From positions 4,851-68,850 of the forward strand of contig JAUSGO010000016.1 in NCBI GenBank assembly GCA_030649025.1: 64,000 nucleotides of DNA, given 5' to 3'. Position numbers and translations under genes: made by a program. Of this stretch, positions 35,022 through 43,997 are shown piece after piece. The stretch comes from a bacterium. GTDB taxonomy: Bacteria; Patescibacteriota; Minisyncoccia; JAUYLV01. Below the pieces are notes generated by a model, which saw nothing but the letters and a program-made list of their open reading frames with translations, made no database searches and had not been told where the DNA came from. The first letter of the stretch is position 1, and the number at the start of each line of letters is the position of its first letter.

Positions 35022-37193
35022 TTAGGATTCGAGTTTGAGCGATAAAATCCTTGAAATCCCGTCTCCTCCCATGGTAACGCCGTAAAGGGCCTGGGCGGCT
35101 GCCATCGTGGAACGGTTATGCGTCACCACGATACATTGGGTCTCGATACGGACGCTCTCAAGAAGATTGGCAAACCGCTTTGAGTTTGCTTCGTCCAAAG
35201 CCGCATCCACTTCATCTAAAACCACAAATGGGGGTTTGACGGTGGCGATGATCGCAAAAAGGAATGCGAGCGACGTAAGCGCGCGCTCACCGCCCGAAAG
35301 AAGCTCAAGCGACTTGATGCGCTTCCCGGGAAGTTCCACGCGGACCACGATACCCTCTTTTTCCTGTTCTTCCTCTTCGTTTCCCATGTCTTCCGGGTCA
35401 TCCTCCGCGCTAGTCTTACGCTTTGGAGGAACTAATTTAATAAGCTCTCCTTTCCCGCCGCCGAATATCGTCTGCATATATTTGCTGAATTCCTTGTTCA
35501 CGCTCAAAAACGCCTCTTCAAACTTTTTCTGAATTTCACCGGCTAGGTCCACAACGAGTTTCTGCAGATCGTCCTTGGCTCCCCGTACATCCTCCAGTTC
35601 CTTGCTTAGAAAATTAAATCGCTCGTCAACTTTTTCGTATTCTGATTTCATGTTCGGGTCCAGCTCTCCAACGTCGGAAAGATGAACGCTTGCGCGAATA
35701 ATATCCTCCTCAATGCGCTGCAGGAGCGGCACCTCGCGGCCGCCGAATGTCGTTTCCAGCACGCGCAAAAGTTCCGCAAGCCCCGCGGGCGCATCGGGAA
35801 TATGCTCGCGGGCTTCCTGAAAAATTCCGCGCTCCTCGCCCTCATGCCGGCCAAGCTCTCCCATAAGCGACGCTTCTTTTTCAAGCGCTCGTTCCAGATC
35901 GTCTTCGAGCCGGCGCAGTGCGCGCTCCTTTTGGAACAACGTCTCCTTGAGTTGCTGTTCTTGCACGTGCGCCTCTCTGCTTCTCAGCTTAACCTCATCA
36001 AGCTCCCGTTCGATCTTCCCAATCGCTTCTTTTGTCTTCTCCTGCGCATCGTGCATCTCTTTTGGGATTTCGCTGGATCCGGCGCTAAACAAGCTCTCCA
36101 TGGCTTGAAGAGATTCAGCCGCTTCCAAAACTCCGTCCTTTAGCATCTCAAAAGAAGTTTGGGAAGAAAGTTCTTCCAGAAAACTACGTATTTCAGAAAT
36201 TTTCCGGAATATTGCCGTAAGGTCCGGTGCACCTTTGCGTGAAACCGCGTATCCGGAAAGTTGCGATTCTATCTTAATAAGCTCCCTCTCAAGCTGCATC
36301 CGTTTTTCGTAAAGCTCCTGAAGTTTTGTATCCTGGAGAGGCTCCTTCTGGGAACTCTTTGAGCCGAATTCTTTTTCGGCAGCAATGATCTGGGAAGTCA
36401 TGTTCTGCTTCTCTTCCTCCATGCGCCGGATGGCCTCCTGGAGAGCGGCGCGCTCTTTATCAAGCACGATCCTCCGCTCTTGCAGAGATTTCAGGCGGAC
36501 ATAAACCTTCAGTTCTTTTAACTCCTGAAGTCTCCGCGCGTATTCGTCTCTTTTCTCCCACCGCTTCATTTGACTGCGGAGATTGTTCAGGTAGGGCTTG
36601 AGCTCTGCAAGCAGTGCCTGCACCTGCAGGGCATGTTCTCCCGATCTTGTAAGTTTCCTCTCGGCGTCGCGTTTCTTTAGTTGCCATTCTTTCACGCCGC
36701 TCGCATCCTCCACCGTATTGCGCAATTCCTGCGGGGAAAAACGCAAAAGCTGGTCGGACATGCCCTGGGTTACAATAGAATAGTTCTTTGTTGAAACATG
36801 CGCTCGCGCCAGCATTTCATTGATGTCCTTGAGGCGCACCTGGGCTTTATTAAGAAAATATTCTCCTTCTCCGTCGCGATACACCTGACGCGCAACGATA
36901 AGTTCTTCGTACGGAATCCCGCGATCCTGCTGAACGTCTTTAAAAAGCATCTCAACGGATGCGCGCGACATTTTCCCCTTGCTTTTAGAACCAAGAAAAA
37001 TAACATCGTCGCTTTTCTCAAGACGTATCCCTTTATATCCCTGTTCCCCCAGCGCCCAGCGGATGGCGTCCACCACATTTGATTTTCCGGAGCCGTTTGG
37101 CCCCACAATTGAAGTCACTCCCGGGGCAAACTCCAAAACGACCTTCTCTCCAAAGGATTTGAATCCGTTAATTTCAAGTCTGGCAAGATGCAT
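35022..37193 (-). CDS. smc: SMC-family chromosome-condensation ATPase, unusually short (723 aa)
   Basis: N-terminal Walker A (EINGFKSFGEKVVLEFAPGVTSIVGPNGSGKSN), long coiled-coil, C-terminal signature LSGGERALTSLAFLFAI and Walker B VLDEVDAALD. Confidence 0.8.
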   Translation of the reverse strand: MHLARLEINGFKSFGEKVVLEFAPGVTSIVGPNGSGKSNVVDAIRWALGEQGYKGIRLEKSDDVIFLGSKSKGKMSRASVEMLFKDVQQDRGIPYEELIVARQVYRDGEGEYFLNKAQVRLKDINEMLARAHVSTKNYSIVTQGMSDQLLRFSPQELRNTVEDASGVKEWQLKKRDAERKLTRSGEHALQVQALLAELKPYLNNLRSQMKRWEKRDEYARRLQELKELKVYVRLKSLQERRIVLDKERAALQEAIRRMEEEKQNMTSQIIAAEKEFGSKSSQKEPLQDTKLQELYEKRMQLERELIKIESQLSGYAVSRKGAPDLTAIFRKISEIRSFLEELSSQTSFEMLKDGVLEAAESLQAMESLFSAGSSEIPKEMHDAQEKTKEAIGKIERELDEVKLRSREAHVQEQQLKETLFQKERALRRLEDDLERALEKEASLMGELGRHEGEERGIFQEAREHIPDAPAGLAELLRVLETTFGGREVPLLQRIEEDIIRASVHLSDVGELDPNMKSEYEKVDERFNFLSKELEDVRGAKDDLQKLVVDLAGEIQKKFEEAFLSVNKEFSKYMQTIFGGGKGELIKLVPPKRKTSAEDDPEDMGNEEEEQEKEGIVVRVELPGKRIKSLELLSGGERALTSLAFLFAIIATVKPPFVVLDEVDAALDEANSKRFANLLESVRIETQCIVVTHNRSTMAAAQALYGVTMGGDGISRILSLKLES

Positions 37194-37274
37194 CTGAAAA
37201 AAATTTTAATTACCTGCTGTAGTGTAGCAAATACGGCAAAAAGTGGGTAGGGACACTGATTCTTGCATTACAAT

Positions 37275-37302
37275 AAAAAACACCCTTTTGGGTTTAGGGT
37301 GT
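37275..37302 (-). terminator. Rho-independent terminator (ACACCC-loop-GGGTGT plus U-run) overlapping the ftsH stop codon
   Basis: Minus-strand RNA reads ACACCCTAAACCCAAAAGGGTGTTTTTT. Confidence 0.55.
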
Positions 37303-39123
37303 TTGGGGAGACGACAACGTCTCTCCGGCAATCAGTTTTCGGACCTGCTCGCCATCAAGCGTCTCGTGAAGAAGCAGCGCTTCGGCAATGCTTTTCAATA
37401 TTTGGTGGTTTTTATCCAGGATATCTTTCGCGGTCTTGTACGCTTGAGACGCCAGACTTTTCACTTCCTCGTCAATATCCTGCGCGGTTTTTTCAGAATA
37501 ATTCCTAAGTTGCTGATCCGATATCTGCTTGGCCAAAAATGGGTTTTCTGCGCCAACACCGAATTTGAGGAGGCCAAGATTTTCCGACATGCCCCACTCA
37601 CACACCATCTTGCGGGCAAGATGGCTTACCTGCTCAATGTCGTTGGCTGCACCCGTGGTGATTTGGCCCAAAAACAGCTCTTCGGCAACTCGCCCGCCCA
37701 TTAGGACCGCAAGACGGCTTTCCAGGTACTTCCGGGTATAGCCGTGTTTGTCTTCTTCCGGTAACTGCATCGTCACTCCCAAAGCCATCCCCCGCGGAAT
37801 GATCGTCACCTTGTGTATCGGATCGGTGTGGGGAAGACTTGCGGCAACCAGAGTATGTCCGGCTTCGTGGTACGCGGTGTTTTTCTTTTCATCTTCGCTC
37901 AACACCAGAGAGCGGCGTTCCGCACCCATAAGTACTTTGTCTTTCGCTTTTTCAAAGTCGGTCATGGCAACCGTTCCTCGATTTTGGCGAGCGGCAATAA
38001 GGGCCGCTTCGTTGACGAGATTCGCCAGGTCCGCTCCGGAAAACCCCGGCGTACCCCGGGCAATTACCGCAAGCTTCACATCTTCGCCCATGGGAACTTT
38101 TTGGACATGAACCTGGAGAATGCCGGTGCGGCCGTTAATATCCGGAAGCGACACCACGACACGCCTGTCAAATCTTCCCGGACGCAGTAACGCCGGATCC
38201 AGAATATCGGGCCTGTTGGTCGCCGCGATCATGATAATGCCTTCATTTCCATCAAAACCGTCCATTTCCACAAGAAGCTGGTTGAGCGTCTGTTCTCGTT
38301 CGTCGTGCCCGCCGCCAATTCCCGCACCTCGATGCCGGCCCACCGCATCTATCTCATCAATAAAAATGATGCAGGGGGCGCTCTTCTTGCCTTGTTCAAA
38401 AAGATCCCTTACGCGGCTTGCGCCGACACCAACGAACATCTCCACGAAATCGGACCCCGAAATGGAAAAAAAGGGAACACTTGCCTCTCCGGCAACGGCG
38501 CGGGCAAGCAGAGTCTTGCCGGTTCCAGGAGGACCAATCAGGAGCGCGCCACGAGGTATGCGTCCACCAAGCTTCTGGAACTTCCCGGGATCTTTTAGAA
38601 ATTCAATGACCTCTTGCAGTTCTTCTTTTGCTTCCTCAACTCCGGCGACATCCTTGAAAGTGATTTTTTTCTGGTTCGGCCTTAAAAGCCTTGCCTTGGA
38701 TTTGCCAAATGAGAGAGCTTTATTGCTGCCGGATTGCATTTGCCCCATCATCAAGATCCAAACGCCGATTAATAACAGAAACGGACCAAAATTCATCAAA
38801 GCGCTCAACCACCAATTCGCCTGTTCCTTGGGAAGAATCTTTGTGTTGACATTCTTTTCTCGAAGATGCCGGTAGATGTCGGGGTCGCCCGGAGGTATTG
38901 TTGCGGTAAATTTCCCTCCGCTCTTCAGCATCCCTCGCATATCGCCATCCGGAGCAATTTCCACCGAGGAGATTTTGCCATCGGAAATCTGGCTGTACAG
39001 CTCGCTGTACGTAAGATTGACCGGACCCGCTGCTCGCTCGGTGTTAATGAGCGCATAATAAAGTATCACCGCGCCAATGATGAAGATGCCAAACCAGAAC
39101 CTCGAAGCTGTTTTTTTACCATT
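37294..39123 (-). CDS. ftsH: ATP-dependent zinc metalloprotease FtsH (start at Met 39123 with GGAGG RBS)
   Basis: N-terminal TM helices, AAA+ Walker [19 protein letters not shown], second region of homology, zinc motif HEAGHTLVA. Confidence 0.95.
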   Translation of the reverse strand, partial: NGKKTASRFWFGIFIIGAVILYYALINTERAAGPVNLTYSELYSQISDGKISSVEIAPDGDMRGMLKSGGKFTATIPPGDPDIYRHLREKNVNTKILPKEQANWWLSALMNFGPFLLLIGVWILMMGQMQSGSNKALSFGKSKARLLRPNQKKITFKDVAGVEEAKEELQEVIEFLKDPGKFQKLGGRIPRGALLIGPPGTGKTLLARAVAGEASVPFFSISGSDFVEMFVGVGASRVRDLFEQGKKSAPCIIFIDEIDAVGRHRGAGIGGGHDEREQTLNQLLVEMDGFDGNEGIIMIAATNRPDILDPALLRPGRFDRRVVVSLPDINGRTGILQVHVQKVPMGEDVKLAVIARGTPGFSGADLANLVNEAALIAARQNRGTVAMTDFEKAKDKVLMGAERRSLVLSEDEKKNTAYHEAGHTLVAASLPHTDPIHKVTIIPRGMALGVTMQLPEEDKHGYTRKYLESRLAVLMGGRVAEELFLGQITTGAANDIEQVSHLARKMVCEWGMSENLGLLKFGVGAENPFLAKQISDQQLRNYSEKTAQDIDEEVKSLASQAYKTAKDILDKNHQILKSIAEALLLHETLDGEQVRKLIAGETLSSPQTP

Positions 39124-39174
39124 CATAACTGCCTCCGATATGCAATTTTCAAAAATCAATCCGCGTCTTAAGGG

Positions 39175-39222
39175 ATTGCAGGCAATCTCACGTACATGCA
39201 TTTGAGAAAAATTGCTTGCAAT
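39175..39222. promoter_or_regulatory. Two copies of the dyad ATTGC-NN-GCAAT (ATTGCAGGCAAT at 39175-39186, ATTGCTTGCAAT at 39211-39222) upstream of ftsH
   Basis: Two 12-bp inverted-repeat sites 36 bp apart in the rnc-ftsH spacer; candidate operator pair. Confidence 0.35.
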
Positions 39223-39305
39223 CTCTCAATGCCATCCAAAACTACTCATTGGGCCGAGGTGAGCTCTTGAGCAGTTTCGCGAAGCATTCTGTCCAGACGA
39301 GCGCC

Positions 39306-39992
39306 TTACCATTTTTTCTTCGTCAGCGCGTTTTCCGCCGCGTGCTCTTCGGCTTCCTGCTTGGACGCGCCCTCTCCTTCGGCTACAAGATCCTGACCCA
39401 CAAAAACTCCGACGCGGAAACGCTTGTCGTGATCGGGTCCCCATTCAGCCACAACTTGATATGAGGGCGTGGCGCCGACGCGGTCCTGCGCTTCTTCCTG
39501 AAGACGGCTTTTGGGATCTTTGTAGCTGCGCTCTTCCAGGATCCTTGGAAGTTCCTTTATAACCACGCGTTCAATAAATTCACGCGCTGCTTCATAACCC
39601 AGGTCCAAATACATTGCTCCCACCACGGCTTCAATGGCGTTTGCAAGAATATACTGGCGCGCCCGGCCCATATCTTTTGCCTCACCGCGAGAAAGCATCA
39701 AAAAATCCTCAATACCGGCCTCACGAGCAAGATAAGAAAGTATCTTAGCATTAACCAGCGACGCGCGCCAGTTGGTGAGATCTCCCTCGGGATTTGGATA
39801 GTTTTTATATAAAAACTCCGTCACTGCAAGCTCAATGACGGCGTCTCCCAAAAATTCAAGACGCTCGTTGTGATCAAGTCCGAGCGACGGATTTTCGTTC
39901 AAATACGAGCGATGGACAAGCGCCTGGCGCAAGAGATCCTTGTTTCGAAATTCTATGCCAAGCCTTGCTTCAAGCAATGAGAAATCCAACAT
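39306..39992 (-). CDS. rnc: Ribonuclease III
   Basis: RNase III signature HRSYLNENPSLGLDHNERLEFLGDAVIELAVTEFLY plus C-terminal dsRBD; 228 aa. Confidence 0.92.
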   Translation of the reverse strand: MLDFSLLEARLGIEFRNKDLLRQALVHRSYLNENPSLGLDHNERLEFLGDAVIELAVTEFLYKNYPNPEGDLTNWRASLVNAKILSYLAREAGIEDFLMLSRGEAKDMGRARQYILANAIEAVVGAMYLDLGYEAAREFIERVVIKELPRILEERSYKDPKSRLQEEAQDRVGATPSYQVVAEWGPDHDKRFRVGVFVGQDLVAEGEGASKQEAEEHAAENALTKKKW

Positions 39993-40118
39993 GCTGTTGA
40001 CGGGCGTCCACTAACGAAGAAGCGATTCCTCCAATGCGCGTCCTCATTAGTACACACCTCTCTTATAACGAATATCCAATCTCTAATTTCTAATAAAACT
40101 TTAATTGGATATTTGATA

Positions 40119-40658
40119 TTAGACATTACCTCCGGCATCCTCTGCCACTGACGATTGCGGTGTTTCTGACGGTGCCGCGTTGTCACCTACGACTTTCTCC
40201 TTCTCTTCTTTTGCCGGGGGTTTGTGGTCTTTCATCGGCTCTCCGATCTCTCGATAGATGGTGCCCAGCACTCCGTTTATGAATTTTCCGGAAGATTCTC
40301 CTCCGAATGTTTTGGCAAGTTCGATAGCTTCGTTGATGGCGACCTTGGGAGGAACTTCCTCGCGGTTGCCGTAGAGTAATTCGTAAATGCCCACCCTCAG
40401 CACATTGCGGTCAACGGGCGTGATCTGTTCAAGCGGCCATTCGGGAGCGCAGCGGACAATGATCTCGTTTATCTGCGGGATTTTTTCCAAGACTTTTGCC
40501 ACTAGATCCTTGACAAACGTCGCATCTTCCATGCCGGGTCCGAATTCGCGGATATTTTTTTCCACGATGTCATCCAATTTTGCCATGTCTTTGCCGCGAA
40601 AATCCCACTCAAAGAGCGACTGCATGGCGATGGATCTGGATAAATGCCTATTGGCCAT
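40119..40658 (-). CDS. nusB: Transcription antitermination factor NusB (with C-terminal extension); start at internal Met MANRHLSR
   Basis: NusB fold motifs (RxxAxQxLFxxD, ...[31 protein letters not shown]). Confidence 0.85.
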   Translation of the reverse strand: MANRHLSRSIAMQSLFEWDFRGKDMAKLDDIVEKNIREFGPGMEDATFVKDLVAKVLEKIPQINEIIVRCAPEWPLEQITPVDRNVLRVGIYELLYGNREEVPPKVAINEAIELAKTFGGESSGKFINGVLGTIYREIGEPMKDHKPPAKEEKEKVVGDNAAPSETPQSSVAEDAGGNV

Positions 40659-40722
40659 TTTATCAAACAGCAAATAGCAATTAACAAATAGCAAAAAGTG
40701 TTATTTGTTTTTTGTTATATGC

Positions 40723-41016
40723 TTACTGTTTCTTCGAAAGCTCTTCCAGCGACTGCGAGGACTCGCCCTCCCCTTCTTTTTTTTCTTTTCCCGTGTCGCG
40801 CGCTTTGGCCTGGCGCTTCTTTGCCTTCTTCTCTGTTTTGGCGAGCGTATCGATGATTTCCTTTCCTTTGTAATAGCCGCAATGGGAGCAAACGATATGC
40901 GGCATGGTTGGGGCTCCGCAGTGAGAACAGACCGAAAACTGCCTGGCTTTTAAGGCAAGATGGCTTCTGCGACTATGGGTCCGACTATGGCTTTTATGTT
41001 TTTTTGGTACGGGCAT
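40723..41016 (-). CDS. rpmF: 50S ribosomal protein L32 with lysine-rich C-terminal extension
   Basis: MPVPKKHKSHSRTHSRRSHLALK...CSHCG...HIVCSHCGYYKGKEI matches L32 (MAVPKKRTSKSRRDKRR...C..CG..H.VC..CGYY). Confidence 0.85.
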   Translation of the reverse strand: MPVPKKHKSHSRTHSRRSHLALKARQFSVCSHCGAPTMPHIVCSHCGYYKGKEIIDTLAKTEKKAKKRQAKARDTGKEKKEGEGESSQSLEELSKKQ

Positions 41017-41072
41017 TTTTAAAACCTAGAGATTGAAGACATTATAAGACAGATGCTGAAAATAAGCAACCC

Positions 41073-41702
41073 TTAGTCTCCAAGATAAAAGGTTTTTCTA
41101 TGAATGGTGCACGGTCCGTGCAAGCGGAGCGCGCGATAATGAAGGGAGGTGCCATATCCCTTGTGCCGCGCAAAGCCGTAATTCGGAAACCTCCTGTCCA
41201 GTTTCCGCATGAGCCGGTCGCGCGTTACCTTGGCAATAATGGATGCGGCGGCGATACTGAAAACCTTCTGGTCCCCCCGGACAATGCAATGATGCGGAAG
41301 ATTGCACACAAGCATTTTGCGCAGACTTGATGGAGAAAAATGTCCATCCAGAAGCAGATGGTCCGGCTTTATATCAAGATCGTCTATTGCTTTTTGCATC
41401 GCCTCAAGGGACGCGTTGGCGATATTGATGCGGTCAATGATGCGGTGGGAAACGATGCCGACTCCCCAAGAAACACATGATGCAGTGATGACGCCATATA
41501 AGCTCTCGCGCTTTGTTTCGGTGAGCTGTTTGGAGTCTTTTACTTCTTTGAGGGCTTTCGGAATATATCCGTTGGAAAATACGGTAGCAGCGGCAACCAC
41601 GGGACCCGCAAGAGCTCCGCGTCCCACCTCATCAATTCCTGCGACATGCAAAAAGCCGTCGCGCCAGAGCCGATGTTCATATGCAAGCGTGGGCCTGATC
41701 AT
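41073..41702 (-). CDS. rnhB: Ribonuclease HII
   Basis: GIDEVGRGALAGPVVAAA and DSKQL motifs of the RNase HII active site; 209 aa. Confidence 0.9.
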   Translation of the reverse strand: MIRPTLAYEHRLWRDGFLHVAGIDEVGRGALAGPVVAAATVFSNGYIPKALKEVKDSKQLTETKRESLYGVITASCVSWGVGIVSHRIIDRINIANASLEAMQKAIDDLDIKPDHLLLDGHFSPSSLRKMLVCNLPHHCIVRGDQKVFSIAAASIIAKVTRDRLMRKLDRRFPNYGFARHKGYGTSLHYRALRLHGPCTIHRKTFYLGD

Positions 41703-41728
41703 GAGCGCAGTGTAACATGGCTGAAACC

Positions 41729-41877
41729 ACCCCGCACTTATTCCGTAGAAATTTTTCGCTATATCGAATCAGAGCCGCAGTAGCGGCTTGCGCCTCACCG
41801 AAGCCCGAACATCACAGGCGTATCGAGAGAATAAGTGCGGGGTTTCGTTTTGTTGCCATCCCGCCCTGGCGGGATGG
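41729..41877 (-). other. Structured element in the rnhB 5' region: 14-bp long-range stem (CCCCGCACTTATTC/GAATAAGTGCGGGG) enclosing ~85 nt with internal hairpins, plus hairpin CCATCCCGCC-CTG-GCGGGATGG
   Basis: Perfect 14-bp inverted repeat at 41729-41742/41829-41842; inner GCCGC-TACT-GCGGC hairpin; candidate cis-regulatory leader or small RNA. Confidence 0.35.
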
Positions 41878-41887
41878 ACAAAACATC

Positions 41888-41912
41888 AAAAAAGCCTCTT
41901 TAAAAGAGAGGC
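41888..41912 (-). terminator. Rho-independent terminator (AGCCTCT-loop-AGAGGCT plus U-run) after gene 41931-42437
   Basis: Minus-strand RNA reads AGCCTCTCTTTTAAAGAGGCTTTTTTG. Confidence 0.55.
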
Positions 41913-41930
41913 TCCGAGCTTCTGCCATGT

Positions 41931-42437
41931 TTAGGATATAGACTTGAGCGCTTTGACCAATTTTCTCTGAAATCCGATAATCCGGGAACCAAGCGTCGCA
42001 AATTCCGACCTATCGGTATATGGCTCAAGATTTTTTACCATGACATTGTTTGCATCCAGGACCGCGCACAAGCCGAATCCCTCATAGCGCTTTGTAAACT
42101 CACCGGGCAATTGCGTATTCCCGCCGAAAACCCGGGTGTGCACACAAATGATCTTCTTGGTCGAAAAGACGACGCGGGAAACGGCAAGCGCCGATTCGCC
42201 AACCCTTATGGGCTTCATAAAAATCACCGTGTGGCCGACGTGGATAGACGGCAGTCCCTTTGTGCCCACAAACAAAGTAGCAAGGCTTCCGGACAACTCG
42301 TCGATCACCTCAAGTACTTTGCCGCCGAAAAGCATCTTGCGGCCGTTCTCGCCCTCGGGAAAAACCTCGAAAAATTTTTTCAACTCAACTACGCGCCCAT
42401 CTTTGTCTTTTGTAAAGAGCTCTTCTCCTGCATTCAT
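41931..42437 (-). CDS. Hotdog-fold acyl-CoA thioesterase-like protein
   Basis: 168 aa; motif MLFGGKVLEVIDELSGSLA resembles the HGG..L.W.DE.A...A region of cytosolic acyl-CoA thioester hydrolases. Confidence 0.45.
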   Translation of the reverse strand: MNAGEELFTKDKDGRVVELKKFFEVFPEGENGRKMLFGGKVLEVIDELSGSLATLFVGTKGLPSIHVGHTVIFMKPIRVGESALAVSRVVFSTKKIICVHTRVFGGNTQLPGEFTKRYEGFGLCAVLDANNVMVKNLEPYTDRSEFATLGSRIIGFQRKLVKALKSIS

Positions 42438-42556
42438 TTTTTCCTCCCTTATCCTGATAAGTTTAGGGGTAGCTTGGGGTATTTGTCAATTGACGCGGCA
42501 CATCTGCGGTACTACAGTATCTACGAAAGACGGAGTCCTTTAACAAAGGAGCGGCC

Positions 42557-43390
42557 ATGGATGACATCGGAAAGTTCAACGTGTGCGTGAATACCGTGGT
42601 GAACACCTTTTATGTTCACAATCTCATGATGCACGTTGTCAGAACCGAATCTCCGGAAAGATCCCGGCACGACCTGGAGCGCTATCGAAAGGATCTGCGC
42701 GATTTTGGAGAGAAAACACTTGCCTCCTATGCAGACATCATTTTATCCTATTTGGTCATTGCCATTGCCGGAGAGGTCCGGAATTTGGATAGCCGTGCAT
42801 TCAAGATAAAGAATAATCCGAAGAAAACGAAGTTGGCGATAAAAAAACTATCCGAAGCCGGAGTATGTTTCGAGAAAAGCAAGGCGAGGTCCGTCACTCA
42901 AAAACAGGTACTTCAGAGTCTTGGAGGTTCAAGCGACGAAGAGATCAAGGATTTCCTCGAGGCCGCATATGAAGCATTCAAGTACTGGAAAGGAAGCAGC
43001 ACGTTTGGAGGAAGACCCTGGAAAAGAATATCACAAACAGCCCTTCATTATTCCCAGGGAAAACTGGACTGTGGGCAGTTCCTTGATACGGTCTTTACTC
43101 TCGAACATCACGGCGGGGAACTTTTTGACAAGCATCCTTCGTTTGCGGTTCACACCAAAAGCGACGTGCTTAAAGACCAGCTTGAGGTGCAGTCAAAAGC
43201 CAAGAATATCGCACAACTTATCATGGGCCTCACAAACCTCCACAAAAAATTCGACGAAGGACTTGTGGAGCTTTTGCGGCGGGGTGCCGCGATGCAGTAC
43301 TGGAAAAGGGATCTGGTCCAGTATTGTACTGGCCGAGCAGCCATAAAGAAAAAATCGTCCGAGAAAAAGAAAGGGGGGCCTCATGCGTAA
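42557..43390 (+). CDS. Hypothetical protein (277 aa), first gene of a two-gene plus-strand cassette
   Basis: No recognisable motifs; 8-nt overlap with the downstream phosphatase-like gene. Confidence 0.5.
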   Translation: MDDIGKFNVCVNTVVNTFYVHNLMMHVVRTESPERSRHDLERYRKDLRDFGEKTLASYADIILSYLVIAIAGEVRNLDSRAFKIKNNPKKTKLAIKKLSEAGVCFEKSKARSVTQKQVLQSLGGSSDEEIKDFLEAAYEAFKYWKGSSTFGGRPWKRISQTALHYSQGKLDCGQFLDTVFTLEHHGGELFDKHPSFAVHTKSDVLKDQLEVQSKAKNIAQLIMGLTNLHKKFDEGLVELLRRGAAMQYWKRDLVQYCTGRAAIKKKSSEKKKGGPHA

Positions 43391-43913
43391 ATCTCGTACA
43401 CGCGTTTTCTGCTCCCACCCGGGACAAACCATCAACATAGGCAACTATGCGCTTCGCGCGGGGGCTTTATCAAATATGCGCCCCGAAAGCCTCCGCGACA
43501 TCGATGTCCTCATCTGTCTTGCGGAAACCATCCCTTCGGCGATCTGGTCAATGGAATTTACCGGAACGCATGCTTGGGCATACCCCATTGAAGATTTCCA
43601 TGGAGCAAGGGGGCCATGGAAGCAGTTCCTGAAGGAGGTTGAGGGGGCTCTTCGGGCCGGCAGAAGAATATTCGCGTGCTGCGAGGGTGGGCACGGAAGA
43701 ACGGGAATGTTTCTTGCGTCAATGATAGCGTTGCTTGAAAAATCCTCAGACCCTGTTGCTATCGTACGCGAACGATACTGCAGGGAAGCCGTGGAAACTC
43801 TTCCGCAGATGCAAACTATTTTTTCATTGCTCGAGCAAGAGGTGCCGCCGCATTATAGAAACGAACTGGCGGATCGAGAAACATCCCCATTGCTCCGGCG
43901 AGAGATGGACTAA
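43383..43913 (+). CDS. Dual-specificity/protein-tyrosine-phosphatase-like protein (Cx5R fold)
   Basis: Active-site signature IFACCEGGHGRTGMFLASMIAL (C-x5-R P-loop followed by the general DSP layout). Confidence 0.6.
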   Translation: MRKSRTRVFCSHPGQTINIGNYALRAGALSNMRPESLRDIDVLICLAETIPSAIWSMEFTGTHAWAYPIEDFHGARGPWKQFLKEVEGALRAGRRIFACCEGGHGRTGMFLASMIALLEKSSDPVAIVRERYCREAVETLPQMQTIFSLLEQEVPPHYRNELADRETSPLLRREMD

Positions 43914-43997
43914 AAATATAGATAACACCACACACCCGCTTGAAAAAGCGGGTTTTCCACAAGTGTACGAAACTTTCTTTGCGCGTAGAATAAGGTC

